64,000 bases of DNA from NCBI GenBank assembly GCA_902592345.1, contig CACJEE010000003.1:2312-66311 (forward strand), given 5' to 3'. Below are positions 41,899-51,151 of this stretch, piece by piece. Below the pieces are notes generated by a model. That model was given only the letters and a program-made list of their open reading frames with translations, searched no databases and was not told the DNA's origin. The position numbers were made by a program, and so were the translations under genes. The stretch is from an uncultured Alphaproteobacteria bacterium (GTDB taxonomy: Bacteria; Pseudomonadota; Alphaproteobacteria; HIMB59; GCA-002718135). Positions within the stretch are counted from its first letter, which is position 1, and every line of letters begins with the position of its first letter.

Positions 41899-42180
41899 AT
41901 GGTTAATAAAAGCAGAATTTTGTCAGATTTATCAAAATTTGCCGTTGATGCAATGAGTACCTTATCAAGCCTAAGAAAAGAAATTGAAACAATGGTTTCT
42001 TTAAGGGTTGATAAAGTTATTAATAAAATGAATCTTGTTAAAAGAGATGAATTTGATTCTCTTAAAAGAATCGTCCAAAAATCAATAATTGATAATGAAA
42101 AATTAAAAAATACTAGGAAAACAAGTACTAAAAAAAAGAAAAAAACTACTCCAAGAAAAAAAAAGACTAAAAAACCTTAA
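41899..42180 (+). CDS. ubiK: UbiK/BMFP-family accessory factor with poly-lysine tail
   Basis: The coiled-coil pattern '...VKRDEFDSLKRIV...' matches my recollection of the BMFP (PF04380) family. Confidence 0.55.
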   Translation: MVNKSRILSDLSKFAVDAMSTLSSLRKEIETMVSLRVDKVINKMNLVKRDEFDSLKRIVQKSIIDNEKLKNTRKTSTKKKKKTTPRKKKTKKP

Positions 42181-42286
42181 TTATTCACATTTTTTACCTT
42201 AATTTATTTATTTAACTTGCTAAACATCATACTAATTTAGTAAGACTACATCTAGTAGTTAATAAAAATAAAATACTAGATAAAGT

Positions 42287-42775
42287 ATGGATATTGAAAA
42301 TTTACATTTAAATCCAATAGATATAGTTGAGGAAGTAATTCATGAGAAGAATTGGAGTTTTAGTAGAGCAGATGATTATGAATTAGTTGCCGATATTGAC
42401 TCAAAATGGTGTCAATATAGACTGTATTTCACATGGTCTGAAAATATAAGAGCTATAAGTTTCACTATAACTTTTGATTTAAAATACCCTCAATCCAAAA
42501 TTATTAAAGCTTATGAATTAATTGGTTTAATAAATGAAAAACTATGGCTAGGTCATTTTGATATTACAAGCAAAAATGGAATTCCTGCATTTCGTCATAC
42601 AATTTTATCCGATTCAGATAGTGATTTTTTACATAAAAAATTAGAAAATTTAGTTGATATTTCAATATATGAATGTGAAAAATATTACCCATCATTCCAG
42701 CAGACGCTATTTTATGATATTGAACCTTTAGAGTCCTTAGAATTTACTAACTTTGAAGTTATTGGTTCAGCCTAA
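42287..42775 (+). CDS. YbjN-domain protein (putative sensory transduction regulator family)
   Basis: 162-aa acidic protein located upstream of proC, as in many alphaproteobacteria. Confidence 0.6.
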   Translation: MDIENLHLNPIDIVEEVIHEKNWSFSRADDYELVADIDSKWCQYRLYFTWSENIRAISFTITFDLKYPQSKIIKAYELIGLINEKLWLGHFDITSKNGIPAFRHTILSDSDSDFLHKKLENLVDISIYECEKYYPSFQQTLFYDIEPLESLEFTNFEVIGSA

Positions 42776-42818
42776 AAAACTATATATTTTTTTTAAAAAG
42801 TATAATTAATAATAAATT

Positions 42819-43634
42819 ATGAATAAAATTTTATTAGTAGGATGTGGCCACATGGGCACCGCATTAGTCAATTCTTGGTTAAATTTAAATTCATATTCTT
42901 TTACAGTCGTAGATCCATTCAATTTTAAAAAATTAAAAAATAAATTTAATAATAAGAAAATTAACATTCTAAATAAAGCACCAAAACAAAAAGAAGTAAA
43001 TAAATTTGATATAATTATTTTTGCAGTGAAACCACAAATTGCTGATAGAGTTTTATCTGAATATAAAGATTTTGAATTTAAAAAAAATTCAATAATAAGT
43101 AGCATTATTGCGGGAAAAAAAATAATTTTTTTTCAAAAACGCCTTAAAAACGCAAATCAGTTTGTCAGAATAATGCCAAATATGCCAGCCCTAATTAGAA
43201 ATGGAATATCGTGCTTTGTTTCAACTAATAACTTAAGTAATAAAAATAAAAAAACTATTAATCAACTTTTTTTGAAAGTTGGAAAAACATTATGGCTTAA
43301 TAATGAAAGTCAAATTGATAAAGCTACAGCAGTTTCTGGAAGTGGACCTGGTTATGTCTATGCATTAATTAATTCTTTTGAAAAGGCTGCACAGAAATTA
43401 GGATTTTCTAAAAAACAATCTAGAGAATTAGTTTTAACAACTATCTTAGGATCTATTTATTTAATGCAAGAGACAAAAAAAGAACCATATGATTTAGAAA
43501 AATCAATTGCAGTTAAAGGAGGAACAACAGAAGCTGGTCTAAAAAATTTAAAAAATAATAATATAGATAAAATTATTTATAAAACTTATATGTCTGCTTA
43601 CAAAAAAGCAAAAATATTAGGTAAAAAAAATTAA
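42819..43634 (+). CDS. proC: Pyrroline-5-carboxylate reductase
   Basis: 'LLVGCGHMGTAL' NADP motif and the C-terminal 'GGTTEAGL' motif. Confidence 0.9.
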   Translation: MNKILLVGCGHMGTALVNSWLNLNSYSFTVVDPFNFKKLKNKFNNKKINILNKAPKQKEVNKFDIIIFAVKPQIADRVLSEYKDFEFKKNSIISSIIAGKKIIFFQKRLKNANQFVRIMPNMPALIRNGISCFVSTNNLSNKNKKTINQLFLKVGKTLWLNNESQIDKATAVSGSGPGYVYALINSFEKAAQKLGFSKKQSRELVLTTILGSIYLMQETKKEPYDLEKSIAVKGGTTEAGLKNLKNNNIDKIIYKTYMSAYKKAKILGKKN

Positions 43635-44179
43635 TGATAGATGTAGAAAGAAAAATTGCGGAAATCACTTTAAAAAAATTAAATAATAAATCCTGGAGTA
43701 AATTATCTTTAGATGATGTGCTTGTAAAAAATATTAAAAAAAAAAAATATATAAATACAAAGAATGATTTACTAAAAAACTTAAATCGGTACGTAGACAG
43801 TATTTTAGTAGAAAAAACAAAATATTTAGAAAACTCTTCTACTAAAGATATGTTATTTGAGGTTTTAATGATGAGATTTGATATTCTTCAACAAAACAGA
43901 ATTTCTTTTATAAAAATTTATGAAGCATTAAAAAAATCTCCTAATAATTTTATAAACCTATTCCCATCTTTTCTTGAAAGTATGATAGTTACAGCAGAAT
44001 TGGCAAACTTCAATGTTAATGGCTTAAAAGGGTCGCTAAGATTAAAGGGATTATTTATAATATATTTGTTAACATTTTATGCATGGGTTGGAGATAACAC
44101 TTTATCTTTAGAGAAAACAATGATCGCTCTTGATAAAAATTTAGATCAAGCTGAGAAATTTGGTAAGTATTTAAATTGA
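43634..44179 (+). CDS. Hypothetical protein (possibly COQ9/TetR-C-like helical protein)
   Basis: 181-aa helical protein with a 1-nt overlap with proC. The family assignment is only a guess. Confidence 0.35.
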   Translation: MIDVERKIAEITLKKLNNKSWSKLSLDDVLVKNIKKKKYINTKNDLLKNLNRYVDSILVEKTKYLENSSTKDMLFEVLMMRFDILQQNRISFIKIYEALKKSPNNFINLFPSFLESMIVTAELANFNVNGLKGSLRLKGLFIIYLLTFYAWVGDNTLSLEKTMIALDKNLDQAEKFGKYLN

Positions 44180-44517
44180 CTAATATTATTTCATATAAAA
44201 CATTTGAGGTAGTAGATATAAGGGTAGGAACTATTATTTCAGCTGAAGAAAATTTAAAACTTAATAACCCTTCAATTATATTAAAAATTGACTTTGGTGA
44301 AGAAATTGGAATTAAAAAAAGCTCTGCTCAGCTAATTAAAAATTATAAACCAGAAGATTTAATAAATAAGCAAATCGCAGCTGTGGTTAATTTTGAACCA
44401 AAACAAATTGGAAATTTAACTTCTGAAGTCTTGGTTCTTGGATTTCCAGATCATTCTAAAGAACCTATACTTATTGAGCCAAATAAAATTATACCTAACG
44501 GAGGCAAACTCTTTTAA
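44176..44517 (+). CDS. csaA: tRNA-binding (EMAP/CsaA-type OB-fold) protein
   Basis: 'FEVVDIRVGTIISAE...IDFGEEIGIKKSSAQ...AVVNFEPKQIGNLTSEVLVLG' is a typical CsaA pattern. Confidence 0.75.
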   Translation: MTNIISYKTFEVVDIRVGTIISAEENLKLNNPSIILKIDFGEEIGIKKSSAQLIKNYKPEDLINKQIAAVVNFEPKQIGNLTSEVLVLGFPDHSKEPILIEPNKIIPNGGKLF

Positions 44518-45824
44518 ATTGGAAGTTGAATAAGAGATTTTAAGCCACCATAACTAGATTTTGATAATTTTATTTCACCTCCATGCGCCCTTATAATATC
44601 TCTTGTAATAGATAAGCCTAATCCACTTTCTCCTTTTAGTTTATTCCGAGATGGATCTAATGAAAAAAAAGGCTTAAATACATCTTCATAATTCTTAATA
44701 GGTATTCCTGGGCCATTATCCTCTATTACTATTACACAGCCATCATCATTTAAAAATATTTCAATATTTAATTTATTTGAATATCTTATAGAATTATCAA
44801 TTATATTTTGTATAGCGCGCTTTAATTGTAAAGGTCTGCCAGAAGTTTTAATTATATTTTTTTCTATGAAATTAATATTATGTTTCTTAAAATCTATGTT
44901 TTTTATTATATCTTTAATTAATTTATTTAAATTAATATTCTCAATCGGTTCAGGTGTTTCTGATCTAACAAAACTCACATAACTATCAAGCATGGCAGTC
45001 ATTTCATTTATATCTAACTCCAATTCTTTTTTAGCTTTTTGATCTTTTAAAAGTGATAATTGTAGCTTCATTCTTGTTAGAGGTGTACGAAGATCATGAC
45101 TAACACCAGCAAGCATGTCTGTTCGTTGTTTTAAGAATCTTTTAATTCTAGTTCTCATTTGATTAAATGCATTAGTTGTTTGTTTAATCTCCAATGCTCC
45201 TGAAGATTTTAACTCAGGCGCATCTAATCCTCTACCAAATGTTTCTGCAATTATTGCCAATCTTTTTAAAGGTCTTATTTGTTTATTCATAAAAAAGTAG
45301 GAAAAAAACAAAAGAAGGATTGAGGCAAATATCATCCATAATAAAAAAACGAAAGCAGTTTCACTATAAAGTCTATCTTTATCTACATTAATTAATAAAT
45401 ATTTATTTTTTTTTAACTGCAAAATTATTTTTACACCATCATCAATATTACTTAAATCATATGCAAAAGGAATGTCTAAATTTACAAGTGATTGTTTTAA
45501 TCTATTTGATAAAATACCTCGTTGTTTTTTATAGGAAGTTTTATTTATATTTGCACTTTCTAAAATTTTAATTGTCATTTTAAAATCCTCTTTAGCAATT
45601 TGTATTGTCTCAAACTCTAGATTTTTATCAATTAGTTTTACAAGTACATTTATGTCTGCAACAACTGATTCCGTTAGTCTTTTTGAAATAATATTCCAAG
45701 AAGTTTGGTAAAAAATTATAGAAGTAATTATTACTAATACTATTATAGGAACAAATATAATTATTATTGATCTTCCCAATAGGGATAGCGGAATAATTTT
45801 TTTAAAAATCATATTTCTCTGCAA
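44514..45824 (-). CDS. Sensor histidine kinase (EnvZ-like, HAMP + HisKA + HATPase)
   Basis: H-box 'SHDLRTPLT', N-box 'DNSIRYS', G1 'DNGPGIP' and G2 'GLGLSI', plus two TM segments. Confidence 0.9.
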   Translation of the reverse strand: MQRNMIFKKIIPLSLLGRSIIIIFVPIIVLVIITSIIFYQTSWNIISKRLTESVVADINVLVKLIDKNLEFETIQIAKEDFKMTIKILESANINKTSYKKQRGILSNRLKQSLVNLDIPFAYDLSNIDDGVKIILQLKKNKYLLINVDKDRLYSETAFVFLLWMIFASILLLFFSYFFMNKQIRPLKRLAIIAETFGRGLDAPELKSSGALEIKQTTNAFNQMRTRIKRFLKQRTDMLAGVSHDLRTPLTRMKLQLSLLKDQKAKKELELDINEMTAMLDSYVSFVRSETPEPIENINLNKLIKDIIKNIDFKKHNINFIEKNIIKTSGRPLQLKRAIQNIIDNSIRYSNKLNIEIFLNDDGCVIVIEDNGPGIPIKNYEDVFKPFFSLDPSRNKLKGESGLGLSITRDIIRAHGGEIKLSKSSYGGLKSLIQLPI

Positions 45825-46489
45825 ACTAACATATAGCCTTTACCTCTTATAGTTTTAATAAATTGAGGTTTTTTTGCAATTTTCTCTATTTTTTGACGCA
45901 ATCTCGTTATCCCAACATCTACTTTTCTGAGTTCACTTTCATCAAATTCTTCATCAGCTAATTCTTCTCTTGAAACAAGGTGATTTCTTTTATTTATCAA
46001 TTTTAGAAGAAGGTTATGTTCTCCTTCGGTTAAATAAATTTCATTATTATTTATTTTAAGATCTTGAGTCTTTGTATTAAAAATATAATCTCCAAATTCA
46101 ATGCGTAATTCAGATTGATTAATATTTTCATACAATTTTAATAACTTTTTAATGCGAAGATATAGCTCTTCAGGCTCAAAAGGTTTTGTAACATAATCAT
46201 CAGAGCCTATTTTTAAGCCATGAATTTTATTAACATCTTCTCCCATAGCTGTTAAAATTATAACAGGTATATTTGATTTATTTTTTATCAATGAAATCAA
46301 ATCCACTCCATCACCACTTGGCATCATTCTATCTAAAATTACCAGATCAAAAATAAAAAACTTTAATACCTCCTTAGCTTCTATGAAGTCTTGACAAGTA
46401 AATACTTGTAAGTTTTTTTCATTTAAATAATCTTTTAATAAATCTCTTAATCTAAGATCATCATCAACTAAAAGAATAGTTCTGCTCAT
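45809..46489 (-). CDS. OmpR-family response regulator
   Basis: Receiver domain 'LLVDDD...DLVILDRMMP' plus a winged-helix domain 'TIRGKGYML'. Confidence 0.9.
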   Translation of the reverse strand: MSRTILLVDDDLRLRDLLKDYLNEKNLQVFTCQDFIEAKEVLKFFIFDLVILDRMMPSGDGVDLISLIKNKSNIPVIILTAMGEDVNKIHGLKIGSDDYVTKPFEPEELYLRIKKLLKLYENINQSELRIEFGDYIFNTKTQDLKINNNEIYLTEGEHNLLLKLINKRNHLVSREELADEEFDESELRKVDVGITRLRQKIEKIAKKPQFIKTIRGKGYMLVCREI

Positions 46490-46491
46490 CT

Positions 46492-46977
46492 CTAATCATT
46501 TATTTGTTGAAATGTTTTTTTATTGTCTGTTTCTATCATGTCATATAATATTTCTTTAAATCCATTTATATTTTCTTCACTATATTTATTTATAACTCTT
46601 TTAATTTTATCTATTTGTATTGTTGATAATTGATTTTCAAGCTTTTTACCCTTTTCAGTAAGAGATAATTTTTTTGTTCTTTTGTCTATGCCAGTTGAAA
46701 CTATAATAAATTTTTCATTTACCAATTGATTAAGAACCCTTGAAAGACTCTGTTTAGTTATTTGTAATACCAATAATAAATCTTTAATAGTTATATTATT
46801 TTTTTTCCCAACGAAGTATATTATTCTATGATGAGCTCTTCCAAAGTTTAATTTTGCTAAAATTTTATCAGGACCAGAAGTAAAATCTCTATATGAAAAA
46901 AAAAGAAGTTCGATAACTTTTCGAATCTCTTTATCATTCAAAAAAAATGGCGATAGCAAACTATTTAGGTCAGTCAT
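46492..46977 (-). CDS. MarR-family transcriptional regulator
   Basis: wHTH region 'ITKQSLSRVLNQLVNEKFI...DKRTKKLSLTEKGKKL'. First gene of the three-gene regulator operon. Confidence 0.75.
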   Translation of the reverse strand: MTDLNSLLSPFFLNDKEIRKVIELLFFSYRDFTSGPDKILAKLNFGRAHHRIIYFVGKKNNITIKDLLLVLQITKQSLSRVLNQLVNEKFIIVSTGIDKRTKKLSLTEKGKKLENQLSTIQIDKIKRVINKYSEENINGFKEILYDMIETDNKKTFQQIND

Positions 46978-47009
46978 ATTGACTTAATTATGCATCACTG
47001 ATAGTCAAT
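46978..47009. promoter_or_regulatory. Perfect 7-bp inverted repeat (ATTGACT-N18-AGTCAAT) in the marR/ilvE divergent intergenic region; candidate operator
   Basis: Read directly from the sequence: arms at 46978-46984 and 47003-47009. It abuts the MarR start codon (46977). Confidence 0.35.
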
Positions 47010-47038
47010 TGTCATTAAAAAAATTATAGAAGGAATTT

Positions 47039-47929
47039 ATGAGCAAATCTTTTGAAAAAAGAGAGGGGTGGATTTGGATGAATGGTCAATTCATTCCATG
47101 GGCTAATGCTACATCTCATATAATTTCTCAAGGATTACATTATGCTAGTGCAGTTTTTGAAGGAGAAAGAGCATATAACGGAAAAATTTTTAAATCAGAA
47201 GAACACACAAACAGATTTTTTAACTCAGCAAAAATAATTGGTATTAATATACCATTTACTAAAGACGAAATTAATGAGGCAAAAAAACAACTAATTAATA
47301 AAATGCACTACAAAGATTGTTATGTAAGACCATTAGCTTGGAGAGGTGGAGATCAAATGGGTATATCAACAACACAATCAAATATAAATGTAGCAATTGC
47401 TGTTTGGGATGACTGGGCTTCATATTTTAAAATTGAAGATAGAAAAGCTGGATTAAGATTAATCACTTCACCATGGAAAAGACCAGCACCAGACACTGCT
47501 CCTTATGAAGCCAAAGCTTCGGGCCCATATATCATATGCACAATGTCAAAAGAATTTGCAGAAAAAAATGGTTATCATGATGCTTTGATGTTAGATTATA
47601 GGGGTTATGTAGCCGAAGGAACTGGGGCTAATATTTTCTTCATTAAAAATAAAGATATTCATACACCAATACCAGATTGTTTTTTAAATGGTATTACACG
47701 TCAAGCAGTTATAAAGATGACTACTGAACAGGGTTTCAAAATAACGGAAAAACATATACTCCCAGAAGAGATTAGTAATTATGATGAAGCTTTTTTAACT
47801 GGAACAGCCGCAGAAATTACACCAATTAGATCAATAGATGAAGTCAATTTTACTACAGGTGATAATTCAACTACTTTTAAATTTATGGGTGATTTTAGTG
47901 AAATGGTTAAAAGTTCTAGCTATAATTAA
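47039..47929 (+). CDS. ilvE: Branched-chain amino acid aminotransferase
   Basis: Class IV aminotransferase pattern ('FEGERAY', 'EGTGANIFF', 'LTGTAAEITP'). Confidence 0.9.
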   Translation: MSKSFEKREGWIWMNGQFIPWANATSHIISQGLHYASAVFEGERAYNGKIFKSEEHTNRFFNSAKIIGINIPFTKDEINEAKKQLINKMHYKDCYVRPLAWRGGDQMGISTTQSNINVAIAVWDDWASYFKIEDRKAGLRLITSPWKRPAPDTAPYEAKASGPYIICTMSKEFAEKNGYHDALMLDYRGYVAEGTGANIFFIKNKDIHTPIPDCFLNGITRQAVIKMTTEQGFKITEKHILPEEISNYDEAFLTGTAAEITPIRSIDEVNFTTGDNSTTFKFMGDFSEMVKSSSYN

Positions 47930-48332
47930 TCAACCATTCATTTTTTTTATCATAAAATTCGTTCTTCCAAAAAGGTGCATCTTTTTTAAGATAATCCATT
48001 ATAAAGTTGCATGATTCAAAACTATCTTTTCTATGCTCAGAGAAGGAGCTAACAAGAACAATCTTACTATTAACATCTAACTCACCATATCGATGAATAA
48101 TCAAACAATCAGTTAATTGCCACTTTAACTTAGCTTCACTAATAATTTTTTTAAATTGGCTATATGCCATTTCTTCATATACTTCTAAATTTATTGATTT
48201 AACTTTTTTTTTATTATTCTTATTTTTCACATATCCTGTAAATGAAGATACGGCTCCTACATTTTCATGTAAATCTTTAATTTTATTTATTTCTTCTTCA
48301 GAATTAAAATCTTCTTTTTGAATTTTAATCAT
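47916..48332 (-). CDS. moaE: Molybdopterin synthase catalytic subunit
   Basis: MoaE-length protein with 'VSSFSEHRKDSFE...DYLKKDAPFWK'. Follows moaD. Confidence 0.85.
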   Translation of the reverse strand: MIKIQKEDFNSEEEINKIKDLHENVGAVSSFTGYVKNKNNKKKVKSINLEVYEEMAYSQFKKIISEAKLKWQLTDCLIIHRYGELDVNSKIVLVSSFSEHRKDSFESCNFIMDYLKKDAPFWKNEFYDKKNEWLINYS

Positions 48333-48577
48333 TAACCACCACTTACAGGTGGAAAAATAGCAATCTCATCATTAGCATTTAAGTCTATGTTTTTAACAAT
48401 ATACTCTTGATTGACTGCAAATCTCAATATTTCTTTATCAAAGTGTTTTTCTAAGTCAGGATATTTTTTTATTATAAACGTTTTTAAGTCATCTAAATTT
48501 TTTATTTTTTCTGAATTTATCTCTTCATTTTCATATTTAGTTATATCTTTAATCCATGCAAAATATTTTATTTTCAT
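48332..48577 (-). CDS. moaD: Molybdopterin synthase sulfur carrier subunit
   Basis: 81 aa ending in '...FPPVSGG' (C-terminal Gly-Gly). Confidence 0.85.
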   Translation of the reverse strand: MKIKYFAWIKDITKYENEEINSEKIKNLDDLKTFIIKKYPDLEKHFDKEILRFAVNQEYIVKNIDLNANDEIAIFPPVSGG

Positions 48578-49126
48578 TCAGAAATGCCTAAGTCCAGATT
48601 TAAGATAATCATAACCAGTGTATAAAGTTAATAATCCAGCAGTCCATAGTGCTATTTTGCCAATATAAATTATTGGAACTATTGTAATTCCGCTCTCACT
48701 TAATATTAGAAAAGCAAGAGCAATTAACTGAATAGATGTTTTGACTTTTGCTATTCTTGAAACTGGCACACTGACTTTTATTTTTGCAAGATATTCTCTC
48801 AAGCCAGATACAGCTATTTCTCTTAGTAATATTATTAAAGCTGGTATAGTTTCCCAATCAGCAATAATTTCTTTTGATGTTAAAATTAATATTACTGCCG
48901 CTACCAACAACTTGTCTGCGATTGGATCAAGAAAAGTTCCAAAGTTTGTTATTTCATTCCTTATACGTGCAATATATCCATCAAAATAATCTGTGATACT
49001 TGCTAAACAGAAAAGTATAAAAGCTACCCATCCATAAAAAGGACCTTTAAGATATATACATATAACTATTATAGGTATTATAATTATCCTAGCTAATGTA
49101 AGTATGTTTGAAATATTTAATTTCAT
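48578..49126 (-). CDS. pgsA: CDP-diacylglycerol--glycerol-3-phosphate 3-phosphatidyltransferase
   Basis: 'DYFDGYIARIRNEITNFGTFLDPIADK' CDP-alcohol phosphatidyltransferase motif. Confidence 0.9.
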   Translation of the reverse strand: MKLNISNILTLARIIIIPIIVICIYLKGPFYGWVAFILFCLASITDYFDGYIARIRNEITNFGTFLDPIADKLLVAAVILILTSKEIIADWETIPALIILLREIAVSGLREYLAKIKVSVPVSRIAKVKTSIQLIALAFLILSESGITIVPIIYIGKIALWTAGLLTLYTGYDYLKSGLRHF

Positions 49127-49152
49127 AAATATTTTTTTAGATTAAGTTTAAC

Positions 49153-51042
49153 CTATAAGCCATTAAAAAATTCATATATTTCCTCAAGTTTTTTCAAAGG
49201 AATTGTTTTAATTTTTTTTAGTTCATCCATAGAAGCTGATTTGATCTTTTGCACTGTACCAAAATGGCTCATTAAATCTTTCTTTCTTTTTGGGCCAATT
49301 CCTTTAATTTCATCAAATACTGATTTTATTGAAGCCTTTGTCCTTCTAGATCTATGAGCTGTAATTGCAAATCTATGAGCCTCATCCCTTACTCTTTGAA
49401 TGAAACTAAGCAGATTATCATTAGGTTTTAAATTTAAATTTTTCTTTTCAAGATGGATAATTTCTCTTCCTACATTTCTCTCAGGCCCCTTAGAAATACT
49501 TAATAAATCTATTTTTTCTAATTTAAATTTTTTTAAAATTTTTGATACACTGTTGAATTGACCTCTTCCTCCATCAATAATTATTACATCAGGTACTTGA
49601 AACTTATCATTTTGATTAATTTTACTTAATCTTCTAGTTAGTACTTCTTCCATCATATAATAATCATCAACCTTTGATATATTGTTATCTTTCAAATCAT
49701 ATCGAATATTAAATTTTCTATAATATTTTGGGCTTAACCCTTCTTTGTCAGCAACAACCATTACACCAACAGAATTTTTACCAAAAGTATGACTGTTATC
49801 ATATGATTCTACTCTAGTTATTTCATTTTTTCTTTTTAAGAGACGAGCTAATGAGTGAAGCGCTAAATGATGATTTTCTAAACTTGTTTTTTTAAGCTTA
49901 ATACTCTCAAGAGCATTTTTTTCAGCAAGCAAAATATGTTGAAGTTTTTCTCCAGACTTAGGTTTGAGTATTTTAGTTTTTAATTTATTTTTTTTATTTA
50001 GTGTTTTCTCAACATCTCTAAAAAAATCTTCATTAATATTTACTAATATCTTTGGTGGAATATCTTTATCAGCATAAAATTGATATAAAAAAGACTCAAG
50101 TATTTCTCTATCCTCACTTGTATCTTCATGTGAGGGGAAAAATGATTTATTTCCATAATTACTTCCGTTTCTATAAAATTTTCCGTGTATACAACTTTTA
50201 TTATTAATAAGTTTAATTGCAAAAATATCAATGTTGCGCATGTCTTTAATATATACAGACTGATACTTTTGAATCTGACTTACTGATTTAATTCTATCTC
50301 TTAATCTTGCCGCCTCCTCAAACATTTGATTTTTGCTTGCAATTTTCATTTTTTTATTAAGTTTTTTTTCTATTGTTTTTGTATTACCTTTTAAAAATTT
50401 TTTTGCATCATCGACACTCTCTTTATATTTAGCTTCATTAATATAATTTACACAAGGTCCACTGCATCGCTTGATATCATATAATAAACAAGGTCTTGAT
50501 CTGTTTTTAAATGTTCCCTCCGAGCAACTTCTTAATAAAAATGCTTTTTGAAGAGCAATTAATGTATAATCTGCGACAGAGGGAGAGACAAATGGACCAT
50601 AGTAATCTCCTTTTATATTTTTTCTACCTCGGTATTTTTGTAGTCTGGGGAATTGATGTTCTTTATTTATAAGAATATAAGGGAACGACTTATCATCTCT
50701 TAAAATAATATTAAACCGTGGTTTATGTCTTTTAATTAAATTACACTCAAGGAGCAATGCCTCAATCTCAGTATTAGTAACAACAAAATTCATTTGTTTT
50801 GTAAGACTGACCATTCTTTGCAGTCGACGTGTCAGGTTATTTAGACTTGTGTAATTTATAACTCTTTTTGCAAGGTTCTTTGCTTTTCCAATATATAATA
50901 TTTTTCCATCTTCGTCCTCCATTTGGTAAACCCCTGGTTGATTAGGAAGAGTTTTAGCTATAAACTTTATTATCTCTTGCCCTTTCAGATTTGCCTGAAT
51001 ATTTTCAAGGTTATAATTAGTTTTTTGCTCTTTTTTTTTCAT
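49153..51042 (-). CDS. uvrC: Excinuclease ABC subunit C
   Basis: GIY-YIG N-terminus 'GVYQMEDEDGKILYIGKAKNL', a UVR domain and a C-terminal HhH domain. Confidence 0.95.
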   Translation of the reverse strand: MKKKEQKTNYNLENIQANLKGQEIIKFIAKTLPNQPGVYQMEDEDGKILYIGKAKNLAKRVINYTSLNNLTRRLQRMVSLTKQMNFVVTNTEIEALLLECNLIKRHKPRFNIILRDDKSFPYILINKEHQFPRLQKYRGRKNIKGDYYGPFVSPSVADYTLIALQKAFLLRSCSEGTFKNRSRPCLLYDIKRCSGPCVNYINEAKYKESVDDAKKFLKGNTKTIEKKLNKKMKIASKNQMFEEAARLRDRIKSVSQIQKYQSVYIKDMRNIDIFAIKLINNKSCIHGKFYRNGSNYGNKSFFPSHEDTSEDREILESFLYQFYADKDIPPKILVNINEDFFRDVEKTLNKKNKLKTKILKPKSGEKLQHILLAEKNALESIKLKKTSLENHHLALHSLARLLKRKNEITRVESYDNSHTFGKNSVGVMVVADKEGLSPKYYRKFNIRYDLKDNNISKVDDYYMMEEVLTRRLSKINQNDKFQVPDVIIIDGGRGQFNSVSKILKKFKLEKIDLLSISKGPERNVGREIIHLEKKNLNLKPNDNLLSFIQRVRDEAHRFAITAHRSRRTKASIKSVFDEIKGIGPKRKKDLMSHFGTVQKIKSASMDELKKIKTIPLKKLEEIYEFFNGL

Positions 51043-51151
51043 TATGTTATTAATTTTCTAGATTATGAACTTAAATTATTATACTCAAAAAATAGAATAT
51101 TAATAAATAAGTCTAAATAAAAAAGATAATACACTAATTGGAGATGTGAAG

